Source: Takakia lepidozioides
Taxonomy: Eukaryota; Plantae; Bryophyta
Reading direction: 5' to 3'
Assembly: GCA_030704615.1 (NCBI GenBank)
Contig: CM060732.1
Span: 992,001 to 1,056,000 of the forward strand
DNA: 64,000 nucleotides
Every line of letters begins with the position of its first letter. The stretch's first letter is position 1. The translations under genes were made by a program, and so were the position numbers. The notes under the pieces are model-generated. The model saw only the letters and a program-made list of their open reading frames with translations. It made no database searches and was not told the origin of the DNA. This document shows, one piece after another, positions 12,238 through 24,224 of this stretch.

Positions 12238-13181
12238 TGTCGCGCGGCTTTTACTCACCCATCCCTTCGCTATCCGAGGCGGAAACTCCAAGATAGAAGA
12301 GTTGGAAATCTCTAAGTACTCAGCCCGCGCAGAAACAATCAGTCATGACCTACAGCTAGTGTATCATGGGGGTGTTTCCTATTTTTCCCTTTCCGCATTC
12401 ATCTTAGCTACCTTTGGCATTGATAATTAAGTATCAGTTTGCTTCATCAATCTATCGGTTTCCTTCACTCATCCATTCAATCCACAGCTTCACTCAGATC
12501 TCTCTACACAGTGATTGTATCGTATATGTATCAGATTATGATTTATCAGGTATCAGGCCGAAGCCATTATGTCTCTAATCTGCTCTCCAATATCACTACA
12601 GCTTTGCATATAACAAGCATCTACTAATCCTCTTTTCTCTCTTCATCGTGCTCTCCATCTCTTGCCTCCGATCTCCGCTCCCGCCTGACTCCGAAGTCCT
12701 CATCCGAATAATGTCCTTCATTCCCCGTTTCTCCCTTTATCCTCCTATCCGCGGTTCTAACCGTTTCCCTCTCTAACCGTCGTCTGTGAACTAACATGTT
12801 CCCTTCACAGGTGTTGTTCCCCACAGTCATTCCCTATTATCGTGACAGTTGTGTCAAGCGGTGACTGGCTGTGTTTGGCTGTGTCGGGCTGTGACTGGCT
12901 GTGTGGGCTGTGTCTGCTGTGTGTGACGGCTGTGTGGGCTGTGTCTGCTGTGACGACTGTGTGGGCTGTGTTGTGTGGGCTGTGTGATGTGTGACGGGCT
13001 GTGTTGGCTGTGTGGGCTGTGTCTGCTGTGACGACTGTGACGGGCTGTGTTGACTGTGTAACCCCCCTCTACAGTGCGCTCCTGTCACCCCTAAGGCTCC
13101 TGTTGGTCTCAGTCTGTGCAAAAATTAAGGGTACCCTACAGATCCCGTATAAGTGTCTAAGTCCCCTACAGTCCTCTAACA
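12238..13181 (-). repeat. 5' LTR
   Basis: Matches 1008-1882, with a longer internal GGCTGTGT-type minisatellite. Followed by the TSD GGGTA. Confidence 0.95.
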
Positions 13182-13665
13182 GGGTATCTTCAAACTTAAC
13201 AACCTTCTCCTTAAATCACCTGTCTTCAAGCAGGCCCTCCAACTAGCATGGTTCCAGGCAGGTTCTCCATCCCAAACCCCAACGGATAGATTCTTGGCCA
13301 AATTCAAAGCTGTAAACTTTGTCAGTCAAAAGCTCAGTCTAGACATGGCTGAAGCCCTCAAAAGAAAGGTTAAAGCCCTTACCAAATGCCTCAAGATCTG
13401 TGAGGCCCGCATGGAATCAACCCGGTGTGATGAGGCTACCTTCAGAACTTACCAGGAAGCCAGACACAACCTGGAAATCTTTCAAGACTTACGGGATTGC
13501 AAAATGAAGTTGCAGGCATGAATCAACTGGTCCACAAAAGGAGATAAAATGACAAAGTACTTCTTTGACAAAACCAGGCTGCGTAGGGCATCCCAAAACA
13601 TCTCAGAACTCATTGACCAATCCTCTGGGGTCTCTGCATCCTCCCCTAGTGTAGATGCATATATT
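13182..13665 (+). pseudogene. LINE ORF2 continuation (post-endonuclease linker), truncated before RT
   Basis: Removing the LTR element restores RRGRG-IFKLNNLL. Downstream is INWSTKGDKMTKYFF, typical of L1 ORF2. Confidence 0.85.
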
Positions 13666-14141
13666 GGTACATATTTCTTTTCAGATCGTTTTTTATCTTG
13701 AGGCAGACAGTTTAGGCATTGTACTGCCAAAGCAGGGCAGTTTGTGAGTTATCTGGGAATCACTGGTAAAGCACATAGGAATTTAGATTATGTCTGAGAC
13801 GACCATGGAGGAGCTCTGGCGTCAAAATGACCGTAAGGAGCTGCATCGATAGCGATTTAGGCTGCCAATTCGATACCAGTAACGACAACATAACCTGTTC
13901 GAAACATTATATGGCGACTGTTCCAGTCCCGGATTGCAATCTCTCTATTCTCCCGCCTTTCAAGTCCAGTAGGAGCATGCGGCGAGGAGTCTTGGCAATT
14001 GGAGGAAACAATCTGTACAGCGATGAAATATCGCGACAAAGCAAGTGCTGCATCAGAGCAAACGACGGGTGAAGGAGCTTCCTGGCAAAGTTTTGAACTT
14101 TCCAGCGATGCAAAGTGTGTATGAGGAAACTACATATGATC

Positions 14142-15470
14142 TGTGACCCAGTGGCAGGGCCAAAGACCCCCTGGGGGCACCACCAGTATTTTTACTACCA
14201 GGAAGCGGCAGACTGCCTGTATGGCTAAACCATGGAAACCAACCAAAGGTGTGTTTTTTCTTCCCCGATTCCCTTGATATTTTGTGGGCAGCTACGAGTC
14301 ATCTAATTATAATTTTTCACCAAGTTTGAAGATTTTTGGAGGTGATGAGAGACGGCATCAAATTATCACGCCGGAGGCAGTTGCGAAAGGCGATTAAATG
14401 GAATTCTAGTTCATCCAACGGATGAAATCTGGAAATTCGACCTGCAAGCTGGAGGGATGAGAAGACAACCTAGCGCCAACTGGTCATCCATTGGATGGAT
14501 GAAAAACCAGATTTATCATTAACACCAAGGTTTTCCATCCGTGGTTATTATTCTATCGTTTTTAAATTATAGATTCATGTAGGAAATAATAGTTTAAGAC
14601 TATCCTTCACTAGTTTAAGAGGCCCCAAAAACATAATAAAAGAAGAGCAGGCTCCTCTTGTTCTTCAATCTAGTCTCATTTCCTTGTTTTGGCCTCTTGC
14701 TTGTGTAGTTAGTTTTGAGCTTGAGGGAGCTAGTTCCTAGAGAGTTGAGCTCGTGGCTCTCTAGTATTAGAAGCAAGCATATTGAGAGCAGGATAGTCCT
14801 AGCTCAAGGCCTTGTGGCCATTTGAGGCAAGAAGTAGAGGAAGCGCTCCATGAAGTGGGAGACTTGAGGACGAGTAGGAATGCCGGAGGAAGACCATGCT
14901 TGAGTACCATTCTACCGAGCGATTTAGTGCATCCCAAGCACCACTTGTTTCAGAGGGTGACTTACCATACATTCTTGACCTTTGAATTTATTCATTTCAT
15001 TTGATGTTCAAGTTTTGTCCAAGGAAAGGACCTTATAAGCATTGTTTGCTAAAAATCTATAAAAACTAACCCTCTTTCAAGAGGATGTGTGTGCATCTCT
15101 ATGTACATGTGTGAAGAGCACAGGTGTGAAGCCCCAAGGGCCTTAGGAATCTAACCCAATTACATCATGGAAGTGAGGGTAGATTTCCATTATTATGTTT
15201 AAAGAGAGGGTGAGCTTGCATGAAGTGGTGAAGCTCTTGTCAAATTTCCCTTTCTAGCTTAGTGGCGACGGCCATATTGCATGAGACGGCGAAGCTATTG
15301 CCAAAAATTCCATATTATTAAGATCATATCTATGATTCATAAGCCCCCTGGCCATAGAGGACCATGGGAGGCGTTGCTAACTAACTTATAAGTGGTTAAG
15401 CTATTTTGTAGAGGGCTGCCAAAGAGGGCAGATCCCAGCACTTAGGTGCTGGCGCCTTAGGCATGGTGGA
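14142..15470. repeat. Possible LTR fragment abutting the truncated left side of element B
   Basis: Starts TGTGACCC and is non-coding with LTR-like composition. No partner LTR or TSD found. Confidence 0.3.
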
Positions 15471-17013
15471 ACCCTTTGAATGGCTCCGGACGGAATGAGT
15501 GCAAAGTTTATGTACCTGCAATCACGAGGCAGTTCAACAAAAATCATTTTACCGATGCATCATGCAAGTGGAAGTTGTCAATGCACAAGGTATTTCGGCA
15601 CCAAAATACGTAGTGGACCGTGCCCCAATTACCCATAACTCACATCTTGCAGAGGTATATTTCGGCGCCGCAATATCCATCGCTGCTTAGCCAAATCATC
15701 TAAATTGCAAATAGGGGGATGCATTGGCAGCAGATTACCTGAACAGGACACGCATTGCCGCTTTGTCGGCACCCTCCTGCTCTTCGATGTATACGCTGCG
15801 TCTTGCCTTTGCAATTTATCTGAAAAAGAGGTTTGCGAAGCGCCCTCGCTAGGACTGCACGCAATTCTCCATTGTCTCAGGCTTCGTCCAGTCGATCTGT
15901 AACTTGAAAGTGGTGGTGTTGCAGTCCAATTGCTCCTGGGCGTGGGTCAGTACCTGCAGCATGGCAAGTTTCCAAAACATTCATGATTTTGAAATTGCGA
16001 CGATGTCCAACACATAATAGGAGAAAATTATACCTGATGCCACCAAGTCATCACATTGAGCCAGTCGTTCATTTTGTCGTCTGTTGGCTCGATGGGAAAG
16101 TGGTACAGCAACTTCGTGTTCCAGATTCGCAGCCACCTCGTCTGCAGCCACCTCACATCGGTCAGACAAGAACTCCAACATAAGAATCGCAAGAAGTCAC
16201 AAAACAAGAATAAACACATGCTTACCTTCTCCGCCGGCTCAACACAGGACATTGCGATGTGATGAAGTTTCTCCATGGACATTTCCGGTTTCATGGGTCT
16301 GGAGTAATGCAGTCCTATCTCCGCCAGGAACTCGGCACCAAGACCAGGGTCAGCGATTGCAACTTGCTTAACAAGTTTGGACCTGTACTTGGTCCGGGAT
16401 TGCCTCCCTGCCTGCACAATATGACTCTCTATCGACGCGTCCGCCTTGTTGGGGGCATCATTCTCAAAGAACTGCCTTTTGGCATAGGCCCAAGTCATCC
16501 CTGATGTTCGTCTGCATTCCCACCCAGCAGATACAGTCAGGCCACGGATCCCTGCAACAAATAGCATTAAATTGATACTGAAATTTGAGATGAACCTCAC
16601 CGAATAGAGGATCTCCACCATGGCGTCCAGTGTTGGTCGGTACCAGGTGCGATCTGCTTTCGCTAGGGACTTCCTGTACAGCTCGGGATTGAGGGACTTT
16701 TGAAAGTCCGTCAGCAGAGCTATCCCCACTTCTTACACTCTGTAGAGCGTATGTGCCAGATGAGTTTCCACGAAGGCCCTCTCTATTACCCTGCCATGGA
16801 GAAAAAAACAACATGAAAATATGATTTCGGCACAACAATCCAATTTCCAGTTCATAGAGTGCATGACAGTGGTGAACATTGCCTATTTCGGCGCCGCAAT
16901 AGGCAGTACACAAGGATGTAATTGTATACTTACAAATTTATATCCGCCATGGCACCCTTCAACAGTCCTCTGTCCCTGACGTCCACCTTCACGACAATGC
17001 AGTCCACCATGTA
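15470..17013 (-). pseudogene. Element B cargo gene, downstream exons (truncated before the MTase-like domain)
   Basis: Spliced exons homologous to the A cargo: IADPGLGAEFL...PEMSMEKLHHIAMSCVEP vs IVDPGLGPEFL...PEMQQEKLHRLAISMVDP. The reading frame continues across the A1 insertion (…WHY[T/M]V-DCIVVKVD). Confidence 0.8.
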
Positions 17014-17703
17014 CAGGGATGCCTCGGCGTGAGCCTGGTCACGTGAGCGCGTGAGCGCAACTGCGCTCACGCCACGTCACCTTGCGCAAATGCCACATCA
17101 CGGGGCTCACTCCACGTCATCACACGTGAAGGCCGCGTCACCACGCGCCCAGAAAAAGTGGAGTGTTATTCCCGCGGATTGGCACCCTTTACCGCGGAAA
17201 CAAGCTGGACGACATAATAAAGGCATTGAATAAGGATGGATGAATGTACAGTTGGATGATAAGATGGATGAGTGTGAAAAATGAATGTAGATGATGAATG
17301 AGGGATGGATAAGAGTAAAATGGATGAATGTATAATGGATGTTGAGCAATGACAAAAATTCATGACAGGAAGATGCATGACCAAATCTTTTGACGAATGC
17401 ACAACGTATATGAAATGAGTGTGGAAGGTTTGTGGGGTGGATTAAAGAGTACAGAGGATGAATGTACAATGGATGTTGTACAAAGGAAAAAATTCATGAA
17501 TGAGCACGATGAATACAGTGTAGATGAATGCACAATGGATATGAGAAGAGTCAGGGAGGTTTGTGAGATGGATTCATACATATTGCAATTTAAACGAAAG
17601 TTGATTCTGTGATTATTATTTGTTCTAAAGGAACAACTACGGTGGAGGAAGGGGATTCAACGTTTTCCAGATAATATGAAAATGAATATTAAAAGAATAC
17701 AGT

Positions 17704-20700
17704 TCAGTCTGACTCAGAGTCAGTACAATGTATCCCCGCTTCCTCTGCATCTAAGTCTAAGTATTTTAGAACACCGGATCCACGCTGGATACACCTACGG
17801 CTGGCCACTAAAAAGTCAGGGGATAGGGACTCGGCCGCGTGAAGTGCCATTGCTTCGGCATAAACAGGAAGCAGAAAATTGGAAAGGGGGCTGTCGAAAA
17901 CAGACTCGCCAGAAATGACTGTATCTCCTGAAGATCCACCGCTGCTTTCCTGAAAGACAGCCTGAAAAAGTTATTACTGTAACTTTGATGTTATCGAGAA
18001 ATTGAGTATGACTCCCAAAGAGGGTTTAGCACTTACTCACATGAAAAGTCGTTGTCGACCTGCTTATCTTCGGGATCGTCATCATTTCGAATTTGAATCC
18101 GATCAGTCTGTGTGCCTGAAGTGGAGCCAGACAAAAGGGGAGGAGCACTGTGTTGTAGAGGTCAGAATCACCCTCCATGCCAAAAAGGCTTCTTCCGCCT
18201 GCCTTGCATGCATGGTAAGTTGCTCCTGCACCAGACAGGAGAACATGAACAGTTTGGAGGGGGGATTTAAGCAGATGAACTGTTGAAAGGAAACCAATTC
18301 GAAAGGGAAAAACGAACCTGTGGACACAGAAAGATCGACCACCCGTGCAGAGCGGTGGCTGCATGACTCCAGCAGTATTTGCATGAACGCTGGTGACTTT
18401 TCCTTTGCACCTCTCCAGGGAGTGCCATCTGGTCTCTTCAGAGTCTGACTGGACTGCATGAAGTTGTACAAAATGTCATCGACATGGGGCTCATAGGGGG
18501 GGTTGACGAAACAACCCTGGTCAGAAATCTCAAAGCTGCGGATGGAGGATGGTGTCTTTGAGGTGCGAATCCTCCGCAGGCAGATCGCCTCGAACATCCT
18601 CGTCTGCAAAGATAGCAGGTTAGTGTGGTAAACACAATCTATAGTGGAAGTGTGTACATCGGCTATTCAGAACTCAGACACAAAAAATCATGAATCGGTG
18701 ATGATCGGTGTCGATCATAACACATTCTACTAGAGTGGAGCTGCAGAGAAAATTGAAACTCATGATCAAAGCACAAGCAGAAGGGACGGCATACCAGCTG
18801 ACCAGGGAAACCCCCTTTCACAAGGTAGAGGCTGTTCACACAATTCCATGTGCGCAAAACTTCAAACCCTGAAGACTTGAGGTATGATGCCAATGCCGAC
18901 GACTATCATTGTCACATGACTGAAAAAGCAGAAGTGTCCCTGCATCAGAGAGGAAGTTTTTTACAGAACCCGAACACCCAACTCCAGTAGTTGTCCTCGA
19001 ATTTGTTCCAGCCTGGCGTCTTGCCCTTTGGAAGAACTTCTGGCACAGCCTGGCCATCCGGGATGTCGAGAATGACAATGTCGGCCGCATAAGTTTTCTG
19101 CACACCGCACACGAAGGTGGGACCTGTGCTCACCTGCAACAGACATGTTTTTTATAAGAACGATGGCAAGATTTTTCAAAGAACGAGACTGAAATACTGC
19201 CAACGAAACTTTCAGAGAAAAGGAAAGAAACTGGAATTCTCACCAGATTGAGGAATGAGATTATATTGTCCCAGGTAGGGGATGGCACCCCAGTGTATCC
19301 TCTCTTTCGACTCTGCATCATCGAAAGCCAACCCTCATTAACAATTTTCATCTCTCCTGCTGAATCAGAACGGAAGGGTGTGGCTTGGCATCGAACACGC
19401 ACTGAAGAGTGCGGGTATATCTTCCAGCAGTAAAGTCCTGCCCACTCTCCATCTCCTTTTCATTCTCCTTCCCCTTGTCCTTTTCCTTCTCTTTGGACTT
19501 GTCTTTGTCCTTTGGCTTTGCTGGTGAGATGGCTATGACATCAACAGCCTTGTCTTTTGGTTTGCGGCCCGCCTTCTTTCCCTTCTGCGGCGTTCCCTGA
19601 GCATCAGGCTCCTTGGCAGCCAATGTTGCTATGTTTCGTTGATACTCTTCGTCAGTCAAAGGCGCCAGCATCTCAGCGTTATTGTTCAAGTATTTCATAT
19701 GCTGTTCTTGAAAGGTCGTGTGCTCAGGTGGGCAGTCAAGGTACCACCCACAGTCTCTGAAGTGAGAAGGACTCCAGTCCTTCAATATCCCTGCAGTATA
19801 CATGGTTGGATCGTTTGCAGGGTCCGACCACATGTCAAGATAGTCGGGAATTCCGCTCAGGTGATTTCCTTCCATAAGCACATATTTCGTGTACCTGAAA
19901 AAAGGAGATAAATCCCAACCCACAAAAGCGCTCAGTGATAAGATGCAAGTAGAACAGAATGAAAAAACATAGATTGAAATGGCTCTGAGAACTGCTCCAA
20001 GGACCTTTCAGGACCACACTACTGCTCCAGATATGAATGTCGTCAACGCCATTCAGAACATTCCATTCAATGATACTGTAAATACACCCTAATCCAGGTG
20101 AATGCAAATTATCGTTTAGGAATGACACAGACATAGAAGTGAATGTCGTCAACGACATTCACTAATGAAGCCAAATTATTACTTAAATGAAGCAAATCAC
20201 AGGATGGAAATCAAAAATCGAGTAAGGAACCCTCCAGGAAAACTCAATGCACATTCATAACGAACATATCACTGAGGACCTCACAACATCACTGTATGTG
20301 AATGGCGTCAACGCCATTCACAAAATACCAAAAGAAACCAATTACTTAGCTCCCAATCCATGTAAATTCAATTTGTCGCTGTTGAATAATACAGACACAG
20401 AGTGAATGTCGTCAACGACATTCACTTTGGATTTCTCATAACAGAGCTTATCAAGCCTCCAGATTCCAAAGAGGCAAAAACAATGCAGAACAACTGAATG
20501 TCTGCATTGACATTCAGCAAAATGAAGTGAGGAACCCTCACTGTAACCTCTATGGACATTACAAAAATTTACATAACTCTGAGGACCTCTCAACAACTCC
20601 GTATGTGAATGTCGTCAACGCCATTCAAGGACATTATCAATTCTAATCAGGGACAATATAATTGCACCCTTAGATCCTAACCAGGTGAATTCATATACTC

Positions 20701-23379
20701 GCTTAAGAATGACTCAGACAAAGAAGTGAATGTCGTCAACGACATTCAATCTGGATCTAAGATTGCAATCCATATGAAGCCACATTTTTTTCCCAAAAAA
20801 AACAGTAGAGTTTCAAGTATGACATTGCACCTGTACACTCGCATCATGGCCCACTCTCCTCCAACCTGACTGTCAAAGTCGTTGGACCGTAAAATGTTAC
20901 CATCTTTGGAGAACTCCCGGAAAAAACAGTATCTCCAGGTGAGACCTCTCCACTTCCTTATGTATGCCTCCAATGACATTTGGGGAGGGGAAACAATCGA
21001 AATGTTCAGGTCCTTCAAAGTCTGATCCAGCACAATGACGGCGCGCTTTTCGAGCTGCAAATAGTATATTTGTCAGAATTGCAAATAAGATACTCATCAC
21101 ATACTTGAAGAGAAGAAAACAGCATGTTTGAATACACACCTGACTCCAAAATGTAGCCTTGTGGAGCCAGTTATCAAACACCAAATCACTGATTCCTTCC
21201 CCACCTTTGTGCCAGGCTGTATGGTGCTCTTTGGGAACTGATTCAAGTCCTTTACTGTTTGATCTGAGTTCATATCTCCAGCCACCTTATTTTGTTTGTG
21301 GGTCGACCATCGATATGGCCAGCCGGTGCAATTTCTCCTGCTGCATCTCCGGATGCACATGCTTGTCATAGTGTGTTTTGATCTGCTGAAGGAACTCAGG
21401 ACCAAGTCCAGGATCTACTATTCTAAGCTGCTTTCCGAAGGCGGACATCAATTTGGTTCTTCGCATTTCAAACTCCTTCTTTATTGCAGCTTCCACACCC
21501 TTTGATGTCCTTAGTTCTTCTGGTGTAGTGCGGTAATATTCGGATTTTCCCTTCTCAGCTGCCTCTGCCAGTTCTTGCTGCATTGATTCAAGTAGTGATT
21601 AGCTCCGAAGGGACTACAAACATGTATTCGAAAAGTAAACAGAGTACAGACTCGGGCTTACCGCATACATGTACTCCAGAAACGCCTCTCGTGTCAAAGA
21701 ATACCAAGTGCCTGCAGCTCTTCCTGTTTCGCACTTCTTGATGATATTGGGTGGTAGTACTGTCCGAAAATCATCCAGCTTCATCAGACCAATCCTCTGA
21801 ATTCGGAATAGTGTGTGAACCAAGCTTGTTGTCACATGCGATTTCTCTGTCGATCTGCAAAAACATTGGAAACATTGCATTCCTTAACACTGTTTTTTGA
21901 GGATTAATAAGACACTACAAGGGAATGAAATCTCCTGGATGACTTACTTGTTCACGTCGTGCATAGCTGTAAGAAGCCTAGCGATGTCGTTTCCAGGATC
22001 CAAAACCATTGCCTCCACAGCAACATGCTTGTCTTTGTCTTTCGAATGGTGTTTCTGAATGTATCCCATCCATGCCAGCAATCGGTGGTTGCCGTCCCAG
22101 ACGTAGAACATGTGGTTGCAGAATTGCTGGTGTTTCTTTCCCATCATGAGGCCCAGCTCGAACTCCTCATTGGCATCTTTCCAGCACTCATCCCAGTTAT
22201 CACTGATCTCTGGAGACACTAATGTGCTTTTCCCATTTATATCCGTCAGTGACACATAAAAAACTTGTGCACCAAGTCTATATCCATGCACAAAATCACT
22301 CTCCAATTTTGTTATGTCATGGGAAAGAGGTGGACGCACAACAGGCATTGATATCATCCGGCACAGAGGTATGTCCACGCCCTCCATACGAGCATGTCCC
22401 TTATAACCTCCTGAGAGTTTACCTTCTGGAATGACATGAGTTCTTTCACCTTGTCAAGGTAGTGCACTTCGGATTCATCTGCTTTCCCCTCTGATCCTGT
22501 AGGCTTCGACCTCACAGTTTTCTGCACGATGCCATTCAGTTCTGACTGAGTGATTTGCAAATAGTGAATGGCGGTAACGACCATCACTCTGTCTCAAGGA
22601 AACTCACCATGAATGGTGTGAAAGAATTCAGCACAATCTACACAAGCAAAGCTGAGACTGCCGTATTCAAAACAAAAGCGAGAGCGATAGCGAACGGCGT
22701 TAACGACAATCACAAAAGATAACGACCTGCCGGATCGGTGTTGTGTAATGACATACATGTGCAACTGATTGGCGGCAACGACATTCAGTGTAGTTTATAA
22801 GTGCAGACTCTCTCTTCAAACACATAGGTACATAAATCTCATGAGGAGAATCGAATGGCGTTAACGACGCTCGCAATTCAGTAGTTCCTGCTAAAGAAGG
22901 GAAGAGGAAGGACTCCTTGAAAGGCAATCAGACAGACTGTATGATCTGAAGAATGACTACCGATACTCATTGTGCAAACCCTAGAGGAGTAGAAAGCAAA
23001 TCACCCGGTAGCGGTCTGGGACATTCCACTCAATCTCTACGCATATCTTCAACAATGAAATGTAAGTTAGATAAAACTTACTGGCACCTTCTTAGGTTTT
23101 GAAATTGATCCCCTTCTGCAGCTTTCCTCTTCCCTCTCACATCTGCTGGAATTTCTGTCTGCGCTAGGGTTTCTTGACCTTCTTCTCCCGTTTCGGCGTT
23201 CCGCGTGCTTCCACCTCCTTCAGTGTCCCTGCGAATCATCTCTGCCTCCACAGCTGGCGCACTCTTATCGCCGACTGTGTCACAGCCGCTGCCTCAGTCT
23301 CCGTCTGCTCTTGTGAATCAGTCTCCGCGTTCACCTGCTGCCTTGGCCCTGTGTTCTCCAACAAACGACGCCTCGTCAT
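17704..23379 (-). CDS. A1 cargo: multi-exon ParB/Srx-like domain + helical region + beta-class DNA amino-methyltransferase-like domain
   Basis: About 10 GT-AG exons. ParB-like PLCRMISMPVVRP...FYVWDGNHRLLAW (~21948-22387). MTase-like ADIVILDIPDG (motif IV position, ~19053-19067), NFLSDAGTLLLF, WRGAKEKSPAFMQILLE (HPTQKP-like), RVVDLSVSTG-ATYHAC...GRSLFGMEGD (motifs I-II). Putative last exon ends YLDLDAEE...DSESD*. A few frameshifts. Confidence 0.78.
20030..20750. repeat. Intronic array of six palindromes GTGAATG(T/G)CGT-CA-ACG(A/C)CATTCA
   Basis: Centres at ~20045, 20151, 20310, 20414, 20617 and 20738. Related copies at ~22563-22870. Confidence 0.88.
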
Positions 23380-24224
23380 TTTCTCTCTTGCTCTGCGTCT
23401 CTCTCTAAGGGAAGTAAAATAAAGAGACTTTCTTCTCTTTCGTATTCTAGAAGGAACCCTCTCCAGCTTGACTACCACTCTCCCTCTAAGCGCGAAAAGT
23501 AGAAAAACGCAGTGACTCCCGATTTCTTGCGGGATTGCCTGCGTTCTTGCGTGTCTCTAGAAGCATCGGATTCCCTCCGCGTGACCGTTACACATAGTCG
23601 TTCCCTTATTAGTGCACATGCCAGCAATTGGTGTACAGCTGTTCGTATTCAGTTATGGATGTCTGACGTGTGTCGCCCAAAAAAACGGCGTGTTCTTTAT
23701 TAGAACGGTTTCAATATTTAAAAATAACAGCGAATCCCAGAAATTTGGCGCAGTCTTACACAAATAAATGTAAATGAACGAGAGTTTGATGACAAATTTG
23801 GAATATCATACACGGTCATCCTTGTTAGCCAAACCCCACATTCGTTTCACATTTGGAACTTTCCAGGTGCGCATGATCATTGGTAGTAGTATATAGATAC
23901 ATTTACTTAATCTGCAATCCCATTCTCAGATCCTGTGGCATGCTTCCAGGAAGTCGGCTTTGTTATTGGGTTTATTGATGAGGTTCTGATTAACGGTTTA
24001 ACAGCTGCCGACACTGCCCTAGGGATACTCTGACCACTGGGCCCACAAGAAAAGTAATTAAAATGGACGGCTGCATATCTGGAAAGAATAACAATATGCA
24101 CAGTCGTTATCTGAGCTTCCTCCGCCATATTCTGCTCATTCTTCAACTGTGTTCTGGAGACATCAGTAAACCGATTTACACTAGATCTGCGATAGCAAGG
24201 TACAAACGTACGCGAGGAAGGAAG

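Larger units (their letters stand above)
1008..13181 (-). mobile_element. Full-length Ty3/Gypsy LTR retrotransposon (non-chromovirus type), with extra 3' ORFs
   Basis: Two TG...CA LTRs; 5-bp TSD GGGTA at 1003-1007 and 13182-13186; PBS and PPT; gag-PR-RT-RH-INT order on the minus strand; no chromodomain seen after INT. Confidence 0.96.

Noticed and set aside
17704-23379. Bacterial contamination or prophage as the source of the ParB-MTase gene
   Set aside because: The gene has many GT-AG introns at positions shared between copies and lies inside a eukaryotic transposon nest.
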